Assembly (NCBI GenBank): GCA_020536535.1
Contig: JAHLWZ010000444.1
Span: 1-43,443, forward strand
Length of the DNA stretch: 43,443 nucleotides
Origin: Pelomyxa schiedti
Lineage: Eukaryota; Protista; Evosea
Reading direction: 5' to 3'
Below, one piece after another: positions 22,615 to 32,919 of this stretch. Each line of letters starts with the position of its first letter. Position 1 is the stretch's first letter. A program made the position numbers and the translations under genes. Below the pieces are notes generated by a model that worked only from the letters and a program-made list of their open reading frames with translations, was not told the DNA's origin and ran no database searches.

Positions 22615-25600
22615 TCAAGAGCTGAAAGCCTTGAGCTGGCGCAGTTCAATATAGCTGGGGTTGCCGTAGGCTCCAGAGTTCCTCACCTCAATCTTGAGGA
22701 ACTGAGTCTCAAAGTTGACCTGCCACGTGTTGCTGGCGTCCACGGTGAGCCCGCCGTCCCTGCTGTTATTCAAGTCAGCCACGTCGGCCCACCCAATGCC
22801 CCAGTCAGTCCACCCAGGCGCGTCGTGCTGCGGCGCCTGGGCTCCCCCCTTCTTGCTGTGGTACGACAGCTTGATCCTGGTGGTCTTGCCGTCCGAGCAC
22901 ATCTGGAAGAACACCACGGTCCTGACCGCCGCGGACCTCCCGATGTCCACGACCAGGATCCCGATGCCGCTGGCCGTGTTGTTGGTCCACGTGGTCCCCA
23001 CCGAGTTGGCGGCCCTGGTGCTCGTGGTCCTGCTGGTCGGCTGCGTGTCGATCAGGCAGCCGTTGGCGCACCAGGCCTCGGAGGGCCCGCCGCAGTTGCT
23101 CTTGTAGTTGCCCGCGCCGCCCGTGAAGGCGTACTGCACGACCTTGCACTGGCCGCCGGTCTGCGGGTCGTTGAGGAGGTTGGCCGTGCCGTCGTTGGCG
23201 CCGTAGTCGATGCCCTTGAGGCGCGCGATCTCGCCGCGGAGCTCCTCGATGCGGGCGCGGTGGGCCTGCGTCTCGTGCTGGGCCGCCTGCAGCTGCGCCT
23301 CGAGCGACGCGTGGTGGGCCTGCGACTCGCTGAGCTCCAGCTCCTTGGCGGCCAGCGCCGCCTGCGCGTCCTGCAGCACCGCCTCGCTCTCGGTGAGCCG
23401 CGGGAACCCGCTGGCCAGGCGGTCCAGCCCCGCCGGGGGCTCCGGGACCGCCGCGGGCGGCGCCAGCTTGGGCCGCAGCAGCGCGTAGGCGTGAAGGAAC
23501 GCGACGGCGCTGTCGGCGTCGCTGTGCCTCTCGGCTGCGGCTCTCATCACGAAGGGCGAGGAGGGGGTAGTAGTTTCAGGAGCTAGAGGCATTGGCGGAA
23601 TAATTGGGGCTGCTGAGGCACTGCGTGATGACGTTGTTGTTGTTGTTGTTGTTGTTGCTGTTGTTTGTGATGCCGATGCTGAGGCTGAGGCTGGAGGGGG
23701 GATCGTGGATATGCGGGTTATTGCAGATAGTAAGGAGAATTGGCCAAGTTTTCGTAAAGCCTTGACGGCTGAAGACATATTGCTATATGGGTGTGATTAG
23801 TTGCTTGGGATTGTGGGATTGACGAATGTGTGTGCGTACTTTAAGCTGCTAATCAAGGCGAAAATCGTCTTTTGAAACGCGGCTAGTTGTTGCAAGGCTC
23901 CAGTGAGCTGCGTTTCGGTTGTGGAAAATAGCTCTGTTACATTTATGTGCCAGGTTGTAACAATCTTGTTAAGTATACTGATGGCTTCCTGCCCTGATTG
24001 GACTGCGCTTTTTTGCAACATATTTGCTATTACTTCTGCCTGTTTATGATGTGCTTGTGCTGTAACGAGTAGTTTGCTTATGCTTTCATCTGTAGGATTT
24101 GAGGACATTTGATGAGAAAAAGCGGGGCTTAACCCTTGTCAGTAAGATCATTCAAAGCTGATGCAATTGCATCTTTCAGAAGAATGCATTCATGTTTGGC
24201 ATGAGCGCCATATATTGAACAGTGCACACAAATAAGGCATTTATCTTGCGTGCAAACCATATCAAGAACTTGATTTTGGTGGTCCTTGCACATCTTGGAG
24301 CCAATCTGTGTATGTAATTATTAGGGCCTTCAGAATTTCCATTCAACCTGAGGGACCAAATGCATAGATGCTGTATGTAGGGCAGGAACTATAGTACACA
24401 GCTGTGTACAACCCTTATCATTTGAGTGCTCTGGTAATGAATGAAGGGTATTGTAAACTTCTCCAGGAAAACTCATCAGCTGCCGCACAGTCTCCTTCAT
24501 GATAACAAACTCAGCGACTGGATGTCCATGCATGGAATGCCCCACCTACGTTGCATAATTACTACCTAACGATTTTATTAATTCTCATTCCTCCATTGCG
24601 CCAGTGGAATGCAGTCTGTTGTAAAGAACATCTAGTACTTCAGAAAGTTCATTTCTTTTTCGGAGCAATACAGTATCTGGCAGTGTCTCGGTGGCACTTT
24701 CCAGTTCTGATAGCTGGGTGCATAAAGAGTGTACTAGTGCAGAAAGGTTTTTGTGCTGTTCTGTTATGCTGCTAACATCATTTGTTAACGTGGAATGAAT
24801 AGTGCCCTAAAGATTCACAATGAAATGAGAATTGTTTGATAGTATGCACAAACTTTGATTTCCGTTATTCTGGTCGAGTCAATTGCCAGCAGTTTTTCAC
24901 AGAGTACTGTCAGAATGCTGGCAATGTATTCTTGTTTTCTTCAAGAATGTGAGGATATCTAGGTATGACTGAAGTACCTGGCAATCACTGAGGCCGAGAG
25001 GGAAAATGGCTGGGCTGCATCTGAGACAAATTTAACAACCTATAGCGGGTCAGTTGCATAAAGAGAGTTGCAAAGATAATTTTCCTCATGAACAGTACGG
25101 CATTTCTTCTGTAAATCGGTGCGGTATTGCAATGCAGCAGCCTCTATAGAAATACACCCATCATAGGGATGACTATCACATACACATATTTGGCATAGAA
25201 TTACATCATGAACTGGGCAATAAAATCGAACAAGTTCCTGCGTTTTTGGTGTTGGTATCAGAAATTAATTAACATAAGAAAGGAGAAAGATACAGATGTA
25301 TGCTTTCGGCAAAAGGTTCTTGCTGGAGGTGGGGTTCCTGGATGGAGCAAAACAACAGATCCAGAAAGGTGTCCCTTGAAACGAGGCCCACGATGCACAC
25401 GTGCATTGCATTCATCACAAAGTCGAATAGGAGGAATACAAGCATTGCAAATAACAGAAGCCCTAACAGAAGGTTCACTCGGGTGGTCCTCACACATCAA
25501 ATCAGCCATTCGCAACTCCTACGAAAATTTTAATTTATCAAAAAGATACAACAGTATAAAAAGTTAAAACTAGGAAAAGGAGAGATACGAATGACAACGC

Positions 25601-26162
25601 TATAAAAACAAACCTCTACAGCTAAGCACAATTGCTTATTTATGGTGGCACTATTTGGGTTGCATTCAGACTTACACACAGGGCATTTCAATACACTTCT
25701 GGGAATCGTGCTTGTCGTTGATCCAGCCCTGGAACTTGCCCTCAGTCCCCCTCCCCCGCTACTCATCCTCAGGCTCCGGTTGCTAGACCTCAACGCCGAG
25801 CCCGCACTGATTATGGGACCGGGTCCGCCGGGGGCCTGGTCCAAGTTGGGTCCGTCGACGACGGCGAGGCAGTAGCCGACGCAGCGCATGCACAGGGAGT
25901 GGGAGCACGGCAATGTGACGGGGTCGACGAAGAGCTCGGAGCACACGGGGCACTCCATCGTGAACTGGGGCTGCGGCGTGTGGGGATTGTGGGACTGGAG
26001 CATAAGCTGGTGGTGGAGGTGCAGCGCCGGCGCGGAGGAATTATGGGACTGGCGCAGCGGGGGCGAAGAGGGTGGGGCTTGTTGCGTCATCGGCGTCGTA
26101 GTGCCTGGAGGAGTTGAGCTGGGGACCAACGCTGAGTGCGTTTCGTTGCTTGTCGTTGACAT
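22615..26162 (-). CDS. Third TRIM-like protein: RING - B-box1 - B-box2 - coiled coil - linker - coiled coil - beta-sandwich (galactose-binding/F5-8C-like) domain
   Basis: RING CPVCSELFVDPVTLPCSHSLCMRC..CPVC. B-box1 CEDH..CNAC..LCDECNARVHRGPRFKGH. B-box2 CRKHTS|ELVRFYCPVHDVILCQICVCDSH. The 57-nt intron 23839-23783 (GTACGC..CTAAT..TAG) joins ORF 23797-24108 in frame to the 22615-23778 ORF. Exons between 24.1 and 25.1 kb are only partly resolved. Confidence 0.7.
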
Positions 26163-26361
26163 GACCGTTTTTTTTTTAACTGTTCTCTGAATAAACCGAC
26201 ACGCACATCCAGATTGGTCAAAGAATTTTATTGACACAGGGATTAAAACCCTGGAGATGTGGCGGAAAGAGATGGAGTCAGGCCCCATATGTTGTGTGCG
26301 TCACCGAGCTTTTGTTTCACTGGAAAGGTGCAGTTCGCGGAATCATCACTTTACGATAAAA
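26163..26361. promoter_or_regulatory. Putative bidirectional promoter, TRIM-3 / TPR-GT61
   Basis: Divergent ATGs about 200 bp apart. Confidence 0.4.
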
Positions 26362-28567
26362 ATGATTACGCCGCTTTGTGGGGTGTGGCTTGTTGCCATT
26401 ATGTGTGCCTTTTCAGGAGCACAAGAACCGGGGATTACTGTGTAAGTTTCGTTTGTGGCAGTCCTCGCCGTAGCTTAATTCTGAAGGCAGGAAATATTTG
26501 CGCGGGGAGTGACCGAGTTCAACGCTGGGAACATTGACGGAGCTATTGAATACTTCACATTGGTGACAAAAGTGGCACCAGAGATTCCCCAGGCGTGGAC
26601 CAACTTGGGTGTTGCTTACGAGCGGTGTGTGTATTTTCTGGGGATGGAAATTGCCATGTACATGCTTAATGATGAATAAAGCCAACGCAACGTGAATAGG
26701 AAAATACACCGAAAACAAACAACAAATAAACAAAACAAAACACCAACCACACCAGCAATAAAATGATTGAAAAAGCCAAGGAAATTTACCGTGAATGCGT
26801 TACTGCAATCAACCCCACTGATATAACGTGTCATATGAGCCTCTGCAAACTAGCTTTTTCAACAGTTATTACCTTTGGCTTGAAACCTCAACGCTCAAAA
26901 ATAAAAACTAGAGCATGCAATTGGAAGATTATCGGCCCTGTGTTCAGGCTCTCCAGATTGCTCCTGATGATCCAGATGCCCTCGGCCAAATGGGGAATCT
27001 CCATGTTCTTGTATGTAGACAAAAGATGGAATTCACTCCTCATAGTCAATCAGCTTTATCAGTATGCTGAGGCCATCGTCTTTCTTGAAAATTCTCTACA
27101 GAAGAGGCCTAATGACCGCGGTAATAAATTTAATCTGTGTCTTGCATATTCTCGTGAAGGGAGGTGTGAAGACACTCTTTCGTGCAGTGAAGAACTTGTG
27201 CAAAGTTTTCCCTCTTCTGGTTCCTATTCCGCCCTCGGCGTGGCTGCTTCTTGCTGTGCTAGATTTACAAAACGCGGGGTTGAAGCTCGCACAATGGGCT
27301 GCATGCTGAAGGCAGAAGAGGTGAAGACAGAAAAATGTCCAGAAGGGTTCAAGCTGTCCCTTGACTATAGCGGGGCTCCACACACAGCAACCACAATTCT
27401 GCATGGCGGTGAGTCATATGGTTTTGATGGCACTCCAAGAGGGTTGCCCTACCTAATCTTTAGTGAACGTCAAATCAGTATCATTCAATTGCAAAATGTC
27501 ATTATGTATGCAACTGGCTCTGGGCTATTGTCACATGGATGCACAGTTTTCAGTGGGGATCACATATTTGATGCCAGGATTGTTGAAGAGTTTGGCGCAG
27601 GCGGGCTAAATGAAAACCCAGAAGTGCTACGAGGATATGGTCTGATTGCCTCTGCAGTGCAGCAGAATACCGGAAATTACTATCATTCCCTCGCAGAGAC
27701 ACTTGGTAGGATAATTATCCTGCGGGATCACTTACTTTTGCCACACTATTCTTCAGTGAGTGCCATGGGGGAAGTGAAAGGCAAATCAAAGCAAGCCCTT
27801 CTCATCCTCCCGCAAGGTGGAAGACGCTTTTTGCAAGAGGCAATTGACTTAATTGGATTGCCTCCTCATACAGTGATACGCTGGTTCCCTAGCAATGACA
27901 ATGTTCCACTCAAAATACCCAAGTTGAACATTGTGGACTGGCGTGTATTGGACGTATCAAGCATTCAAGATAGCTGGCTTCCTTTCTTTCCCCCAAGGAG
28001 TGTATTGAGAAATACATCTGCATTAATACGGCAAGCAGTGGCTTCAAAGAGCAGTACCAGTGCTTCATCAGAATGGAGAGTTGTATACATAAGCCGCGGA
28101 GATGCCGGAGTTCGCACCGTCGATTCCGAAGAGGACTTGATATCGTCTCTAAAACAGGCTCTCGGAGATCACTTTATAGTGTTCACAGGCAGCGGAATGT
28201 CACTTACCAAGCAGGTTGAGACATTTGCCAACGCGGTGGTCATAGTTGGGCCTCATGGAGCCGGTTTTACCAATATGATGTGGGCACCTCCGGGAGCCAC
28301 TGTTATACTATTCCCTATGGAACCTGTCTCGGATGTATGCTTTGGCCACATGGCCGCGGCCCTGGGACATGACTACATTGAAGTACCACAATTGACATCC
28401 TACTATGTGTGTAGTAGTACTCGTCCCTCTCACTGTCCCTTCTAATAACACTAAAGTATGGGCACTACAAAAACGTTGATTGGGCCAAAATTCAAGCCGT
28501 TCTCGATACCGTTCTCAACGCTCTATCAGCCAAAGGCCTCACCCCCAATCCCAAAACAGAGTTGTAA
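26362..28567 (+). CDS. Signal peptide + TPR repeats + glycosyltransferase family 61 (DUF563) protein with C-terminal KTEL
   Basis: Hydrophobic N-terminus MITPLCGVWLVAIMCAFSGA. TPR: AIEYFTLVTKVAPEIPQAWTNLGVAYE. GT61 motifs NYYHSLAE, VVYISRG, QVETFANAVVIVGPHGAGFTNMMW. The last intron 28407-28456 gives ..LTPNPKTEL*. Confidence 0.8.
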
Positions 28568-28642
28568 AGGGAAAAAACCACAAACAAGAAGAAAAGAAAA
28601 TTTTCGTTTATTGTCGGTTGGACGTTGAGGAGACGCTATCAA

Positions 28643-30395
28643 ATGGCCTCTGCTCGAGGGGACAGCGAAGTTGGCGGCGTTGTGACGAGGAAATTCAACA
28701 GCAGGAACATACTTAAGTTGTCATCAGTGATGATCCAACGAGTGGACGACGAGGGCAGGACTGTGAGGATATCGTTCCCTCTGGAGAGGCTATTTTTGGT
28801 TGGGTGTGTTACTGTGGGGTTGGACATTTTTTCTTTTTTTCTTTTTTTTTGCAGAAATGTTGCTTGGTGGGTCATGCTCTTATTTTGGGAACCTTATATA
28901 GGTATTTCTTGAGGGATATAGGGGTGTCGTATTCAATTTGCGGGGATAATGTGACAACAACAAATATTCCTCTGGACCTGTTTCAGGTTCACCCAAAGGA
29001 GCCACAAGATGTTTTAACTTCTAAGCCTCCTGCCAGGTGTTTCTTTTTTATTTGAAAAGCAATTCCAGTTGTAGGGAGGGTTTTGATTCACTCACATAGT
29101 GAGCAAGTTACCGATATTGGAGCAGAGACGGTACACCAAATGAGAGTAGCTGCATTGTGGGCTTATGACTATAACTGGTGGTTTGATGCCTTGTGTTCAT
29201 GCAGAGTTACTGATGAATTGGGTGGGGTCCACTCACCTTTTATTGATATGCCGGCTGTTATCCCTTTAGCACCAAGTGTACTGATCAAATTATCTACTCT
29301 TTTCCCAGTGGGTTAATGTAAATAGGAGCTGAAGTTGCTGAGAGTTTTGATTAAAAAAAGGCTGTGGTATATGGGCTCCAAGCAAACTGAACAAGAGATA
29401 TCTGCCATGGCCTCATTGCGTGCAAGAGTGGACAATGCTCTTGAGGGGATCAAATCTCACTCTCGGTTAGTTAAGGCAAGTTTTCCATTTCACCTTCTTA
29501 TCATCCCCCAGATGCTCGGAATTCTTTCTGAAACTGTCATCCCATAGCCCAAAGGATGTTCCAAAACCTTTGAGGGTGAAGAGTGCTGACGAGATATTCG
29601 ATATTCTGCTCAGAAGGTAATTAATTTTCTGATTTTATCACTTTGTCCGACAACACATAGTGACCGCATATTAACTGACTTGGAGCTCCTACGGGGATTT
29701 GCTTACAGTGCCAAGTTTATGTCCATCGTTCTTATCCCGTGGGATAATGTTGCCTATTTATTTATTTATTTGTAACATTTAACTCGCTTCAGACGCACTT
29801 TCCATCCCCATTGGAATTCAGATGCTTTGTGTATAACAAAAAGCTCACTGCAATATCTCAATATGAGTGGTAAGCTACTCTAGACTACCCAAGTACTCAG
29901 CGAGTAAAAAAACAGGTCCCGAGTCATTCCACAGCTTCAAGATGATCAAACCTGCCAAAAAGTCAAGTAAGCAAGATGCCCCCTGTCATTCCACACACTG
30001 AGCACTAACAACACCAAAGGTCATCCATACTCCACATGCACGCGCAGCTCCAACAGCACGTTCCCTACCCCTCCTACGTGATGGATATCGTCCTGCTACC
30101 ACTCCAGCCACCAACCGTAGAACACACCACCGAGGCATCACCAGCAACATGTGCGCAGCCGGCACCGGAATCCACTGCGGAATCATCATCTTCATCCGGA
30201 TTCTCTGGCGTCTTCCAGCCACGGCTCATTGAACTGAACCCCTTCTTCCCTGACCTGTCTTCGGGCTCATGCCTCTTTGACTGGGACACAGACCTCCCAA
30301 CACTAATGCCTCCTCCCACAATTGACTCCCGAACGGCATCCAAGACTGTACTACGTGTGCGTGCAGCCGACACTCCCCACTACAAGGAATACTGA
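28643..30395 (+). CDS. Cdc123/D123-like ATP-grasp protein, multi-exon
   Basis: FFLKLSSHSPKD, SDRILTDL, WEFRCFVYNKKLTAISQY and LIELNPF..SGSCLFDWDTD are characteristic of the CDC123 (R2K) clade. The N-terminal exons are less certain. Confidence 0.75.
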
Positions 30396-30488
30396 ATGAA
30401 GGAAGAGCCGGCAAATGACTTACTTTTCCCTTTCAAAAAGAAACTTTGATGACACTAGATTACTACTTATACAACGGTGTTAATTGTA

Positions 30489-32840
30489 ATGTCAAAAAAA
30501 AAAGTACGAAGGGTACGAGGTGACGATGTCGTGTTCCCCACTACGCCAAGATGTCCCGTGTAGCGATATCAGCAAATGCCTCACTGTTACGAGCCCCCTA
30601 TTTCCGTTGTTTCCTTATTTTTTTGTTTTTGTTGTGTAGGAACTGTCCATGTTCGAACCTGGGCTGATGATACTCAAAAGTTACATTTTGTCAAATAGAG
30701 ATCAATACGAGGACTACATAATACACATTGCACATGTGCCACAGGCAGCAACGCAGCTGTACACTTTGGCTTCCCGCGCTCAGGAGCTCAAGAAAGCAGA
30801 GATGGAGTTCAAGAAGGCAGAAGTTGAACGCCAAGCTAAAGAGGCAGACCTCAAGAAAGCCGGGATAGAGGCAGACATCAGGAAGGCTGTGATGGAAGCA
30901 GATTTTATCAAGAATGAAAAAAAACGATTGGAAGCCCTGGCCCAACGCCTTGCAAGAGACGACGTCGACTCGGAGCTCAGTGTGCAAGTTTTTGGATTAG
31001 ATGAGGTCCAGTACACTGCCAATCACATCCATACAGAACAGGATTTACTAGACTGGTTGATTCCTCAAGGTGTGCCTGGTGTTCATGTACCTTTTTTTGC
31101 TAATACTTCATGGTTATAGAGGAAGATGCAGCTCACTCTACGATACCAAAGAGAACCAGAACTTGTGCTCCAGGAGATCTAAGACCTCTTAGTGGATTTC
31201 ACAAGTTGGTGGCATCGTCAACGCCATCTTCTTTTGCGCGCAGCACGTGGAGAATTAAGCAACATCAAGAAAGTGATGGCAGAGTGTACAATCACAGGCC
31301 AGAGCTTTCTGATAATTACCCAGTCACACTTGTTCAAAACATCTTTGGGGAATTCCAAGATAAATGCAACACAATGCCCATCAGTAGAGAGTTGTATGAG
31401 GTTACTTTCATCCAATTTCAATCAGTGATGGAAGGCTAACATGATAACAGATCACCTATGACTTTTGTGAGGGTATGTCGAAGCATTACTCTGGGCCATC
31501 AGGAGAAACGGCACGCATGAACGTTGTGGATAAAGCATTTGGCCGCCTAGGGACAAATTTAGGCTCTCTCACCTTTCTCAGCGGAGCTAAGACCGATTTG
31601 TCCTTATGTGAAGTATTCCAGCAGTATAAGGTGATGCTTTTGAACGTTGAAATCAAGACAGAACCCGGAACAGGTCGAATCCTTCTGAATAATACATCAT
31701 TAGCTTATTTCTTTTTTTCATCTTTTAAAACCACAAGGTGGTGATGCCGAGTACGAAAATTACCAGTACTATGCACAGTCTTTGACTAATTTTGGCCCTC
31801 ATCTTGCTGTGTCTTGCACCTGCCCCGCATTTCTGATGGATGTAGTAGGAACATATGTCTCGGTGTTCGGTGTTGTAACCATTGGCAATCCACCTAGACC
31901 CATGTCCGACCTTCTGTGGCGAGAAGATTGCAGATTGGTCTTCCACAACCCCTCTTCAATTGAGAATGTGGCAAGATTCCTTGGAGCTCTTTGTACGTCA
32001 ATTGACCGTCTCAGGGAGTTCTACACAGGGGTCACCAAAATCAACTCACTCAGCCAGATAGCGGCCATTGAAGGGATCTCCTTGCCCATAGAACTCCCAA
32101 GAAAGTGCAAGTTACCTGACGGCCACACGGAAATAGAACTGGAATACTCTGAACGACTGGATGAAAGAAAGTTGAACTTCAAGGCAACCATGAAAGTCAA
32201 CAGCAGTAGCGGCACAGCATCAGGTCACCCAGTGGCACCCACATTCAGCAATGTTTTGTACCCTCCATCACCTCAGCCAATTTCCGCAACAGCAACAACA
32301 GCCTCAGCCTCAGCGGCAACAGCAGTGGCAACTGCTGGTCAACAAGTGATGGTAAAGTTCATACACAAACGGTATGGAATTGAGGCACATGATCTTCTAG
32401 CACAACGAAATTTTGCTCCGCGCCTCTACTATGTTTGCACTCTGCCGCCGGACTGGGTAGTTGTCATAATGCAGTGGCTTGAAATTACCCCCTACTACAT
32501 GTGCATTCACCAACAGCAACTGCCTGACAATAATCGTCCCCGAATGGGCAACTTCAAGGAATCACTGAGAGAGGCAGTGAACCTTCTTCACAATCGCGGC
32601 CTCGTTCATGGAGACCTCCGCGGCCCAAACGTTGGTGGAATTCCCCTGCCTGGCAGTACCACTGGTGAAATGCGACCCGTTTTGATTGACTTTGACTGGT
32701 CTGGGCCGTGCAACACCACGCTGTATCCAGCCAACATGAACCACGCGGAGATCGAATGGCACCCTACCGCGCGACCCTGCACCCCACTCCTCATCGAGCA
32801 CGACGAATGGCTGGCGATGAAAACACTTGGTTTACCCTAG
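30489..32840 (+). CDS. Coiled coil + PD-(D/E)xK nuclease-like domain + atypical protein kinase (Crinkler/CR-type C-terminal module); start uncertain (30489 or 30649)
   Basis: VYNHRP..PVTLVQNIFGEF; KTD..NVEIKTEPGTG|GDAEYENYQYY; PAFLMDVVG. Kinase VMVKFIHKRYGIEAHDLLA..APRLY, VHGDLRGPNV, LIDFDWSG, YPANMN..W. Introns are GT-AG and in frame. Confidence 0.75.
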
Positions 32841-32919
32841 GATTGTTTGTGTTGCGGTTAATACATACAGCTTCAAATTCACAAAACTCAAACAAAAAAG
32901 CCACAAGCAATCACCAAAT

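Noticed and set aside
22715-23586. Long plus-strand and alternate-frame ORFs, up to 253 aa
   Set aside because: Stop-poor shadows caused by the very high GC3 of the minus-strand exon.
22615-23778. 387-aa ORF as a stand-alone intronless gene
   Set aside because: An in-frame 57-nt intron with a branch point links it to the upstream coiled-coil exon, so it is better read as the last TRIM exon. A separate start is not fully excluded.
30700-30745. IIHIAHVP as a Crinkler HVLVxxP header motif
   Set aside because: An equally good gene model (ATG 30489) makes this stretch intronic, so it cannot be supported.
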